From assembly GCA_040954595.2 (NCBI GenBank), contig CM082589.2:6631186-6695185 (forward strand): a stretch of DNA of 64,000 nucleotides. The letters run 5' to 3'. The translations under genes and the position numbers were made by a program. The notes beneath the pieces are model-generated. The model did not search any database. It worked only from the letters and a program-made list of their open reading frames with translations, and had not been told where the DNA came from. Shown one piece after another: positions 44,001-55,109 of the stretch (position 1 is its first letter; each line of letters begins with the position of its first letter). Source of the stretch: Balanoglossus misakiensis. Taxonomy: Eukaryota > Animalia > Hemichordata.

Positions 44001-47000
44001 GCTGAATCAAATTCCCCGAACTACGTAAACTGTCAATTTTCTCGTACAGAAATGTTGATCCTGTACAGTAATGAAACTTGACAGTTTTTCTACATTTTTA
44101 CTCAGAAAATTTACTGCAATAAAATGACACAATGTACAGGCATTATTTGAGGTCGAATTTACACTCATAATTGTTCCAAATTTATTGAAATTCTAACAGA
44201 TTTCCACTTTCTTTTTTTTCTGTCTAGGATTCTGGTAATCAAAAGCCATGGTGGAAAGCCAATTTCTTCATAAAAGAACCAGTACTATTTGGTACCTGGG
44301 ACGGTGTGTTTACATCATGTATGATCAATATCTTTGGTGTGGTTATTTTCTTGCGGACAGGTTGGGTTGTGGTAAGTATTTTTATATTATAAAAAAATAA
44401 CACGCTTTCTTAAAATTCTTCTCAAATATGTTTGGCAGGCTTTTAAAAAATATTTCCAGTTCTCTCTTGGTCTTGAAATGATTCAATTCAATCATGACCT
44501 TGAATTTGAACGCAAAGTCATAAAAAAACTAGAAAAATGTATGTCTGTTGACAGTAAACTGTTGATAGTTTAAACAGATGATGTTTGGAGACAGTAAACC
44601 AGTTACCCTGTGTGGGAATGCAACGTGGCATGAGTTAATAGTTTTATCTAGGTCAAATTATCTATAAACTTGTCCATTTTCTGAGTTATAAAAACTGTTA
44701 GAATTCAGATCTGCTTGAACAGTATGCATATCTTCTAGTACTGTCACTTCACTATATACTGTTGCTATGGCAATTTGTCATCGCAATTAAAGCATTCTCT
44801 TTCGACGTCTGCCTCATTTGTTAGCAAGAAACAGAAAAAAGGCAATTTGATCCAGGGATTCTGAGTGTAATCCAGCAGCAGTGTTTAATGTCTCTCATGG
44901 TCTCTCGTACCAGTGAAGGCTACTTTCTGCCATTTCGAATCCGTCAGTCAGCGTGCCGAGGGGCCAGATAACCAAGGCCGCTGTGAATTGTGATGCGCCT
45001 TTGCACATCCGCAGCGGGAATAAAAAAATCATCGTATTGTAAGTGGGAAATTTCCACTGGAATGTCAGTAGTCAGATAGGTCAAGTACTTAGATGTTATC
45101 GAAAAAATATTGAAAATTTATTGTTTTTTTTCTAATTAAGTGTAAATATTGATTTGTCTGTGTGTCCCTTTATGTGAATAATAACCACATTTATGCCTCA
45201 GAGTCTTACTGATCTCTCTTCATAAATTATGAAACATTTTATAATGGAATGTCTTTTCTGTTGTATATACCACTCACTATGTCCATAATTGATTCTATCA
45301 TTCAACCGTGATGAATAGATGTGTTTTCACAAAGAAATTCTATGAGCTGTAATTTTATAAAATGTACAGCATATTACCTGTATTGTTTAGATAATAAGTT
45401 GTGCCATTAAAATGTTTAGACAATTTTTCTTGCTGTAGGGAAAATTAATTTAATAGTTTCAAAGGAGATAACCATTCTGCTGCTACCAAGATATAAATTA
45501 TGTATCATGTGAATTTAATTTGACCACATGAAGCCTACTTCTGAATAAAATGCAGCTAAGACTAGATTCCAGTAAACGCTGACATAGGTTTGACTCTCGG
45601 GGATGCATTAAGTGTCATTTTTGTTGCGAAGAATGCATGATATACTGATTTAGATTCAGTCTGTAGTGCTCACGATGATGTCTATGCGTGCTGTGCAAAA
45701 TGAGGAAATTTATCATTGTGTGGTGTATGCCAGGGTTCAAGGTTTGTCAGCTGTAGCTGCAGGCATCTGAACAAGGCATCACAGCATCGCACAAATACAC
45801 AATTGCAAATTGGAGAACGAGCTATTATCCTCTCTCTTCAATATTCCAACCAAGATTGCAAGCTTTACAAAACGGATTCACTCATGAAATAAATAGAACC
45901 CCAGATAGTCGTGAGGTTTGATATTCTCAGTGTATCAAAATAGTTAATTATCATGCCTCTCATTTTCGGTGTATCTTTTTTCAGTGTTACAACTCTGCAG
46001 TCATACATTTTTAATAATTCCTGTCATGTCTAATATTTCTGCTCACAATGCTGTTCTCAGAAATCTATTTCTTGCCTATAAATCCCAGTAATGCTTTCAC
46101 CTTTGGCTTTTGGAAAACACCTGGGTCAAATTTGTTTCACAAATCAGCCAACACGAGACTAATTCTACAGTCTTCAGGTTTATTCTTTAAAACGGAAATA
46201 AGATTTCTGTATGTTCAGTGAAGACATTTTTTGTAATCATTGAAAGCCTATAAATGAAGGAAAAAGAATGTCACAAAAATAGAGTAATTTTGAATGCATA
46301 TTGCGAACCTTGAATTGACTTAGACATATAGCATTCAAAAATACTCTATTTTTGTGACATTCTTTTCTCTTCATTTATAGGCTTTCAATAATTACAAAAA
46401 ATAGAGTATTTTTGAATGCGTATTGCGAACCTTGAATTGACTTAGACATATAACATTTTATTTTTTTCGGCAAAGTGCGCCCTCAACAGCAAAATGTGAG
46501 ACAGTCATGTGACCAATTCTTTTTTCTGTTTCAGGGTAATGCTGGTATTGGCCTTTCTATCCTAATTGTTACCATAACGATCTTAGTAGCGCTTATAGCA
46601 GCTCTATCAGCCATTGGTGTCTGTGAAAGATGTCACGTCCAAAGTGGTGGCGTCTATTTTCTCTGCTCCCACGTCTTAGGAACTCGAGTCGGTGGCACTG
46701 TGGGAATTCTCTATAGTTTTGGACAGGTATTTGTCATTTTGAGTTTAAAGTGAAGGGGTCGTCGCGCCGCATTTGTTTATAAACATTACAATTCATCCAC
46801 AACAAATTAGATCATTCTTAGAATGAACGAAGCAATCAACTGTAGTGTAGACTGGGCATGGCAGCATGAAGATCCTAGTAGGTCGAGGCGACTGCAGTGG
46901 GGTTTGCGCTTGTATGGGAGGACATATTCTCATCAAGGGGGACACCCTCGCGGCGCGACAACCCCTTCCCTTTAAACTCTGGAACATTCAATCAGACCAT

Positions 47001-48654
47001 TCAATTCATGCACTTTGGACTTATCCTAGAACAAAAAAATTGAACTGTGTTGTGATACAAGTGAGAAAAGTTGAATGTTGTATAAAACAATAACTGAGTT
47101 ATTGTGGACGATTATGTTTGATTTAAAGATGAAATAAATTTTAAATAAATAAATAAATAATACAAAACAATACCAAGATATACAAGGTCATTGAGGGGTC
47201 ATGAAATTGGCCAGTATGGACCTAGACTCTCTCACAGCCCACGGTTCGCTACGCGCCCTCAACCGTTTGGCAAGGGAGAAGCACCGTCTGGTGTTGTGTA
47301 GCTAACCTTAGGGCCCCTCTCGTTGGACACACATGCAATCAGACTATACAAGCCTGCATGGACGACGAGAGGGGCTGTGAGAGAGTCTAGTATGGACCTA
47401 CAGTGTCATTGGCACCATGCATATAATCTGTGCAACATTATCTTGCAGACTGTTGCCTGTGCCCTGTACTGCACTGGTTTTGGCGAGTCCGTCTCAGAGA
47501 CGTTTGGATGGAACAACACCTGGGCCGTGCGTGGTGTCGGCATAGCAACCATCCTGTTGCTCCTTGCCATCAATATAGCCGGTGTTCGATGGGTGGTGAA
47601 GCTGCAGTTGGTGTTGCTGGGGATCTTAGGGATAGCTACGTTAGATTTTGTCATCGGTACATTCTCGCATACTGATCCAGGTCAGTCACAATTTATAGGC
47701 CTTAGTTGTAATCATGCACTGTCATGTGTATTTAAAAGATGAATCATGGTTGGCAACATGTGACCCAGGGAACTTTTTTTACTTTTTTGATTGTCAACAC
47801 AACACTAGTGTTTAGAAGATTAGCAAAATGTAAAATTCAGACAATAGTTTTTTCAAAGAAAATTACATTTCACATGTAAGACAGACAGTAGTTGCATTTA
47901 GCAGTTGGTTGTTTACCAGAACTTGTTCCTAGTTGAATTGTGATCAAGTACGAGATACTTAGACTCTCTCATAACCCACGGTTCGCTACAAGGCTCTTCA
48001 CTGACGCACCCTCAACCGTTTAGCAAAGGAGAAGTCCCACACGGTGTTGTGTAGCAAACCTCTCGCCGGGCACACATGCAATCAGACCATGAACCTGCAC
48101 GGACGGCAAGAGGGGCTGAGAGAGAGTCTAGAGATACCTCTAATTTTTAAAATTATTCTAAAATCTGTTAGATGAATCATGGGTTAACTATAAGATGTTT
48201 AATGTCAATTTTGATATCTAGTTTATTCTAAAATTTGTAACAGACTGATTTTATTACATTTCTGTTTCTCGCTCCACATTTGACAGAAAATGGATTTACA
48301 GGTTACAGTGCGGAAAACCTCCGTAACAACACACCGCCTGACTATATTGACGGCCACAATTTCTTCTCCGTCTTCGGGATATTTTTCCCGACTGCCACTG
48401 GTGTGATGGCGGGAATCAACATGAGCGGGGATCTGAAGAAGCCCTCTTACAACATTCCTGTTGGTACGCTGACGGCCATCGGAGTCACGGCCTTGCTGTA
48501 CCTGCTGTATGTTGTGTTGCTAGGGGCGACCTGCGAGAGATGGGCATTGCAGACTGATTACATGATTGCAGAGAAGGTAAACAGTGTGGTGATGGTTGTG
48601 GTGGTGGTGGTGGTGGTGATGATGATGATGATGATGATGAGGAGGAGGAGGAGG

Positions 48655-48688
<34 letters not shown>

Positions 48689-49456
48689 GGATGATGATGG
48701 TGATGATGATGATGGTGGTGGTGGTGGTGGTGGTGGTGGTGGTTTTCTAATACTCTCAACTGAAATGAACCATAGAAATAACTGCTTTCCATGCTCAGAG
48801 TAACCCAATACTGAGGCCATTACTCCAAATCACAAAGCCCTGGTTTGTATAAAAGCAGTCATGTGAAATATTTGTATTAATGATGCAAATATGAAAATAT
48901 CATTTGAAGCTTTCCCAAATTAATCCATCATCTTTATCATCTTCACAAAGTTGAAAACGTCCGCTCGAAGTATTTCTAATGATGATATTGTTTTATAGGT
49001 TGCTCTGGTGGGATTTCTGTGGTTAGCTGGTCTCTACATCTCTTCACTGTCGTCGTGTCTGAGCGGTCTGTATGGTGCCCCTAGAGTTCTACAATCAATT
49101 GCAAATGAGAATGTCATACCAATTATAAAGTTTCTTGGAAGAGGGGTAAGTATCTCTCCATCTGTATGAGTCAATCAAGGAGTGTTTTTCTTAATATGAA
49201 AGAACTCTATATTATAGAGTATAAAATTTCTATAAAGTATTGCGTAGTATCAAAATTTTATACAGTCAAACCTGTCTATAGTGGCCAGACAAGGTACTTT
49301 AAGCTGGCCCTTATAGACAGATGGACTTTATAAATAGGTCGGTTATTACACACTGTCAAGTAACTTGCACAGGGACTGCAACAGAGTGGCCACTGTAGAC
49401 AAATTTCCACTATATAAAGGTGGCCACTAACACAGGTTTGACATCACTGTACTTGC

Positions 49457-49487
<31 letters not shown>

Positions 49488-51564
49488 CATGTCTGTCTGT
49501 ACTGATACCATTTTTTTTCAATTTTGCAGAAAGGGCCAAATAAAGAGCCCATCTTGGCGTCCATAGTAGTATGCATAGTCAGCATCGGGTTCATATTTAT
49601 CGGACATGTGAACGAGTTGGGTCCCATAGTCACAATGCCCTTCCTGTTAACCTACGCCGTTGTCGACTACGCGTACTTCGCGCTGGCCATGAGCTACGAC
49701 AAACACAAAACCGTCGACGGGACAGACAAAACGGAACAGGATTCTTTACTCTCGCACGTTGTCAGTAGCAACGTGAAAAAGAAAGAGCTTGAGAATCTGG
49801 CCAATGGAGGCTACGGTACAACTCAGAGTTACCAGGAGGGCGTCGACCAAGCTGGGGAGGCGGAGGCGGAGGAGACGCATTCTGAGAGTGTGGAGGTGGA
49901 CGATAAACAGGCGTTAGTGGAGAAAAAAGATGAAGAGGAGGAGAAAAAAGGTAGGAAGTCAATCTTCTGTGTTTGATCTGCTGCAGTGATCACCTCATTT
50001 GGGACAGCAATAACTTTGATGATGTATACATGTAATTATTTGTGATACTCCCAATTTATATTCTCAATTTGCAGATAGATGGAATAATCTAAATTTAAGA
50101 AAGTGTGAGGATTTAATTATTGAGGCACATAGTAGCCTATATTGGCCAATTAGCAGCAATCTTGCTCACTGCAAAAGAATATAAATTAACTTTTCCCATG
50201 TCATTGTCAGCATTATTTAAACTTATCACAAATGTTTTCTTTGTGTTTTAGTCGATAATAGTCAACAGTCTCAAGTCCCATGGAAAACAGAGATTACTAA
50301 GATGCCTAGTTCGTGGTATTCACATTTATGTAATCGATGGGTTTCTATAACTGGGGTGAGTTTACTTGTCTCAATGGGTCTAGTATTATATTTATGTCAA
50401 TGCTTTCCAATCACTGCCATCTGTCCATCATTTTGTGTGCATGTATGTATGTATGTATGTATGTATGTATGTATGTATGTATGTATGTATGTATGTATGT
50501 ATGTACATGTATGTATGTATGTATGTATGTATGTATGTATGTATGTATGTATGTATGCAAACATATAGATGTACCGGGTATGTATGAATATGTATACCGG
50601 TATGTATTATGCACAATGCATATAAACATACATGTAGTTGGTAAACAATTATACAAATCCTATTAGAAGTGATTGATGATAACCTGGTACACTCTCTACC
50701 ACCAATGCCCCTGCCTGCACATTAAACTTGTAGAATGCCTTGACTGATTCATACTTTTTTTTCCACACGCAGGGTGTATTCAGCATCCTTATCATGTTCT
50801 GTATCCAGTGGGGTTATGCATTAGCCAACATCTCAGTGGCTCTTATCATCTATATCTATATTGGTCAGGCCAATCCCGGCACCACGCCTGGTGTGGCAGA
50901 TTTTAATTTCTTCACCTGGATAAAATCAGGATTTCAACGATGCTGCAGGTATTGTATTGTATTGTATTGTATTGTATTGTATTGTATTGTATTGTATTGC
51001 ATTGCATTGCATTGCATTGCATTGCATTGCATTGCATTGCATTGTATTGTATTGTATTGTATTGTATTGTATAATGTAACGGTAGTACTGTACACATGGC
51101 AGCCACCTGGCATACAATCATGTATATGCTGACACTGACCTAGCAACCTTTTCAAGCCTTTGCTTATAATGCTAGTGTTTCATTGTATATGTACTACTGT
51201 TTCAAAATCAAAGACTACACTGTCAAAAAGTGACACATTTGAATGCATCACACATATGAGTTAGTGCAATATTGGTCAGCTGTCTAGCATTTTTGCACTG
51301 ATTTAATAGCATATGGTTCAGAGATATTAATGGTTTGTTCACAAACTCACATGAGTTATCATATTTTTATTGACTTTGATAATTTCGCTTCGTTTCAGAC
51401 GTGGACCGCCACCCCCAGAGCAAATGATAATTTCTCAGCCAGCTTCGATGCCGATCGGCACGACTACCGAACAGCTGACAGAAGACGGCGACGACTATGC
51501 CTACAGAGGGCGCTATCATCAGTCGGCCGTCGTCAAGGGTCAAAACCTGGATGACCTGGAGTAA
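31900..51564 (+). CDS. SLC12A8: Solute carrier family 12 member 8 (CCC9), complete, 686 aa
   Basis: Exons 31900-32088, 44228-44371, 46535-46726, 47449-47680, 48287-48576, 48999-49145, 49530-49950, 50252-50355, 50773-50948, 51399-51564 total 2061 nt. [50 protein letters not shown] and C-terminal QLTE..RYH match recalled SLC12A8. Confidence 0.95.
37810..37972. repeat. CT/GT-rich and C-rich low-complexity tract
   Basis: Direct inspection; minus strand has multiple G-runs (G4-capable). Confidence 0.8.
41932..42110. mobile_element. 179-bp Tc1/mariner/pogo-type MITE, copy 2
   Basis: Identical by eye to 13846-14024; TA flanks. Confidence 0.88.
42647..42993. mobile_element. TTAA-flanked fold-back element, Kolobok-like termini
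   Basis: TTAA|AGGGACAAAGTCTC...GAGACTTTGTCCCT|TTAA; imperfect inverted arms of ~125 bp. Confidence 0.85.
44228..44371 (+). CDS. SLC12A8: SLC12A8 exon (absent from ORF track)
   Basis: [48 protein letters not shown]|gtaagt. Confidence 0.95.
46226..46452. repeat. Local inverted plus direct duplication
   Basis: 46226-46297 inverted at 46331-46402; 46273-46330 repeated directly at 46394-46452. Confidence 0.85.
46535..46726 (+). CDS. SLC12A8: SLC12A8 exon
   Basis: GNAGIGL...SGGVYF...YSFGQ. Confidence 0.95.
46749..46971. mobile_element. TTAA-flanked MITE, Kolobok-like
   Basis: AGTGAAGGGGTCGTCGCGCCGC / GCGGCGCGACAACCCCTTCCCT TIRs; TTAA on both sides. Confidence 0.8.
47223..47389. mobile_element. 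TAG...CTA MITE with 9-bp TSD
   Basis: TIR TAGACTCTCTCACAGCCC; flanks GTATGGACC/GTATGGACC. Confidence 0.85.
47449..47680 (+). CDS. SLC12A8: SLC12A8 exon
   Basis: [14 protein letters not shown]...FSHTDP. Confidence 0.95.
47960..48130. mobile_element. Second copy of the TAGACTCTC MITE
   Basis: Similar body; flanks GAGATACT/GAGATACC. Confidence 0.8.
48287..48576 (+). CDS. SLC12A8: SLC12A8 exon
   Basis: ENGFTGYS...DYMIAEK. Confidence 0.95.
48586..48743. repeat. Compound trinucleotide microsatellite (GTG/ATG/AGG)
   Basis: Direct inspection. Confidence 0.95.
48999..49145 (+). CDS. SLC12A8: SLC12A8 exon (absent from ORF track)
   Basis: [35 protein letters not shown]...LGRG|gtaagt. Confidence 0.95.
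49263..49442. mobile_element. Diverged, inverted copy of the same MITE family
   Basis: CAGTCAAACCTGTCTATAG...CTAACACAGGTTTGAC. Confidence 0.78.
49530..49950 (+). CDS. SLC12A8: SLC12A8 exon
   Basis: KGPNKEP...DYAYFALAM plus acidic loop. Confidence 0.92.
50252..50355 (+). CDS. SLC12A8: SLC12A8 exon
   Basis: ...[15 protein letters not shown]|gtgagt. Confidence 0.9.
50441..50557. repeat. (ATGT)n microsatellite
   Basis: Direct inspection. Confidence 0.95.
50773..50948 (+). CDS. SLC12A8: SLC12A8 exon
   Basis: [16 protein letters not shown]...FQRCC; AG|gtattg. Confidence 0.92.
50949..51072. repeat. (ATTGT)n(ATTGC)n(ATTGT)n microsatellite
   Basis: Direct inspection. Confidence 0.95.
51399..51564 (+). 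CDS. SLC12A8: SLC12A8 last coding exon
   Basis: RGPPPPEQ...[17 protein letters not shown]. Confidence 0.92.
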
Positions 51565-54500
51565 TTTTCGACGCGGAATTAATGACATCTCCAATCAGCT
51601 GTTGTCACACAGGGTATGCTTAGGCGCTTACTGATATCCTGGGGGGTCAGAGGTCAGCTGTCAACCCCCCAGGAAGTCAAAGGTCATCACCCAAGACTGC
51701 CCTCTCCGAAATCCCATCATGCGCACATGAATACCTCATCAGATTGCTTTTACTCTTGTCATTCTATTGGCACCCATATTATTGATATTTTAATTTCGCC
51801 CCAGGCATGTATAGCCATGCTTTGTGGATTTATGGTAAACGTTTATGTATGTTAACCCTTTGAACTCTAATCCCATGGTGACCTGTGATGTCATTTGGAA
51901 GTTTTTTTCCCCTGAGCAGGGCGCTAGGGCTAGGTTCAAAGAGTTGGGCGAATATGCCTGTTTTAGTTTTGTTTACAACTGCCCCATGTCCCTTCAATGC
52001 AGTACATGGATGTTTGTTTTCAAGGCGAAACATCACTCGCGTGTTTAACTCAAGGGTATATTTTTCTGAGAAAACAAAAAAACAAAAGAAAAATGTTAGA
52101 GACCTATCTGTGAATGATATAAATTCATTCTGACATTGAGTATTTGCAAGTCTAATTGTTTGCATTTTTTTTAAAATCAGTTATAAACAAACAAGAAGCC
52201 AAGTGTTCTGCAACAGTCTAGCGAAAAACTTTACTTTGATTTCAACCATCTTATTGAAAATAGAAGAATAATGTGGAGTTGCTACTTAAATAATTTCATC
52301 ATCTCCAAATCTTGTGGTGACATCAATATCATTTCTGTTGATAAGTAGCATTTGCAATTCCTGACTGTCGGTCAATCCCTGGGTTGGTAAACTTCCTGTT
52401 TGTGACATTGCTTCTTAGTATTTCAATTTCTCGGTAGTGCCAATTGTTCCTTATATACCCTGTATGCGATTCTACATGGTACTTTTAGATTCTGGTTAAA
52501 ATCTCCAGAGAAAAATGTGAAGTGCAATATGTTAATAATGTTACTGACAATCAAATGTAAGGTGTGATTCAGTTCTAAGTAAGAGTGTTTCTGATTGGCT
52601 ACCAGTTCATAGAGGAGACATTTTTGACATGGTTGAACCAATCAGATTGCTGCAACGTGTAAGTAACCGATTGGGTTGGCATGTAACACCATCGGCCCAA
52701 TCAGATTGTTTAAATTCTGACAAATGATGCTGCATTGGTAAATGCTAATGAAGAAGGCTGGCATGTGACATCAGAGAACCAACCAGATTGTTCCATTTGT
52801 ATTTCTGGGTCACATGACAATTGACAGCTAGTCTGAGTCTGTATAAGTGTACATGGTGAAGTATAAATATAGATTTAGCATGAATCTAAATTGTTAATTA
52901 AAAATATTTACTTTGTGGTGTTTGACAAATCCATTGCAATTGAACTGAATGCTGCTGTTATATGGCATTAATTGTCACTGCCTGCCGGCCTCCCCATGAC
53001 AAGTCTACTTAAAAATTTCCGAGTTGGTAGTTCGACGTTTACAACGTGACTGTGCTGTATTTTGGAATCAAGAGAATATTGAGTACATTGCAGGTGTGAA
53101 TGTAACCATTGGGATTTAAAAAAAGAAAAGGTTCTGTTTTATAACTGCCATGTAATGTCTGTTTTTGATTTTCAAACTTGCCATGTTCTGAGCATGGCTT
53201 TGGAATACAATGATTTCAGAATATGTTCTTTTAAGATTTTGTTTCCATGCTGTTTGAGGGCGCTCTTCACACATGAGCATATTGAAGAGCATGGTACCCT
53301 CAATGATGGCCACTATTTAAAACTCAGATATCAGCCTTATACCCAAACTTTCTTTCTATGTTGCTGCCTTCTGCAGTATATTGTCACCCCAGCTATTAGT
53401 AATGTAAATGTTGCAGTCCTTTCTGAAGTCATTCCATCTTACAAGACGTAGGACTAACATATCTTCTTCATGTTCATACATTCCTTTCTCTGGGTGATAC
53501 TGATTATGTAGAGTGTTAAAACTTGGATTTTAGGACTAGAAGATTAATGGTGAATCCGTGCCCAACACACACACACACTGCCCCCATTGTAAGTGATTGT
53601 GGTAAATGCAGCTGTAATATGTATTTGATGTGTAACGCTTGATATCTACTTGCTGTGATATATTGAAATTTATTTATGGTAGCATTTCACTTCAGTACTT
53701 GTGACATTTCGTTATTTGTGCAATTCCATTATGTCGTGATATTTTTATTCTTAGCACAGGTATAGTAAGAATGTGTAGATGTACATTTTAGAGCAAAAGT
53801 ACAGAATGTGAGAGTGGCCACTTTTCTGATATAGTGGCCATTGCATAAGATTGCAAGTGATTGTTTTGTTGATGAAGACTGTTTCAAATTACTAGGCAAC
53901 AGTTGCAAAGGTGAATTTGAGGAATCAGTGATTTTTGTTGATTTCTTTTGAAAGTTTCAGATCAGCCAGTAATGTGCATCTCTGTTGAACCGACACACAT
54001 TTACAGATAGTGTATGTCAGCTGTGAGTACAAGGTGATAGGCTGCAGTCTTGCACACATCATACACTAGTGTTGTACGACATAACATGGCCAATCAGATT
54101 TTACGTTGCATACACTGAATGACAAATCAAAAAATTATTGGTGTATAGAAACTTCAGTACTGAGAGATAAGCAGTGGTGCAATCAATTTAGCGTAGTGAC
54201 ATTTCGGAATATTTGCACCAAAACAAAACACTTTCAAAAATCGAAATGGAGGACTGTGTTTTGGTACATTTCTGTCTGGAAATGTAGAATGGTGTTGAGG
54301 AAGGTGTAATTTTTTTAAATTGTGTAATATTGTGTATAGCATGAAATTTATAGGTGATAGCTAGGACAGAGTGGTATTGTGTGGACAAGTGACATTTAGA
54401 ATTCCTCGCCAGCCAAACCTAACTTTGAAAACTGCCTGCACTCGCGTTTATCCTAAAACAGGGTTGGTGGTCTCTGGCCAGACGATGCCTCGTGGCTTCA

Positions 54501-55103
54501 GTGGCAGTATTTAGTTACCAGACGTAGAAATTGTGCGTAACACCCTACATATGTCAGTTTTCATTTGTCGAGATAAGAAAATAAGAATATTGTATATTTG
54601 TACAGTAGTAAAATTGATACTGTGGTAGCCTTATAATAGCATTACTGAAGATGTGTAATATATTATGTCAATAACATGACTGTGTATAGTTAATATGTTT
54701 TATGTGTAATTATTGTTCTGACCACATATCATTTCCAGACTGAAGATTTTTTTTCTGTCCAACTGAAAATTTCAGAAAATCTATAGTCTACAGACAGATT
54801 TTCAGAATGTAGATTGTTCTTTTCTTTCACTGGTATGTTGTAATTATTTCCTGAGAGGTGTTACCATGGGAATGACTGAAATATTTTAATGCGTATTTGT
54901 ATAATTATGCTGATAATTTTAATCCACGGTGTCAAAGCTGTCTTCCCGTTAGATTTCCTGAAATCGAAAGGCTCTTCAATGAAAATGACACACTCCCTCT
55001 GTAGCAAGAAAGGATGACATTTGACAGATTGTAACTTTACCCAGAATTACCCTTTGTAAATTATTGTGTCTTTGTACATGTACGTTCTAGGGAGATGTAA
55101 GAA

Positions 55104-55109
55104 AATAAA
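55104..55109 (+). terminator. Candidate SLC12A8 polyadenylation signal (implies ~3.5 kb 3'UTR)
   Basis: AATAAA followed by a GT/T-rich tract. Confidence 0.4.

Noticed and set aside
32200-44200. Many 60-100-aa ORFs in the long SLC12A8 intron
   Set aside because: AT-rich random ORFs without homology or coherent splice structure.
48485-48820. Poly-His/Pro/Ser ORFs
   Set aside because: Translations of a trinucleotide microsatellite.
50302-51155. CMYV, HTYI and YCIVL repeat ORFs
   Set aside because: Microsatellite translations; only the embedded SLC12A8 exons are real.
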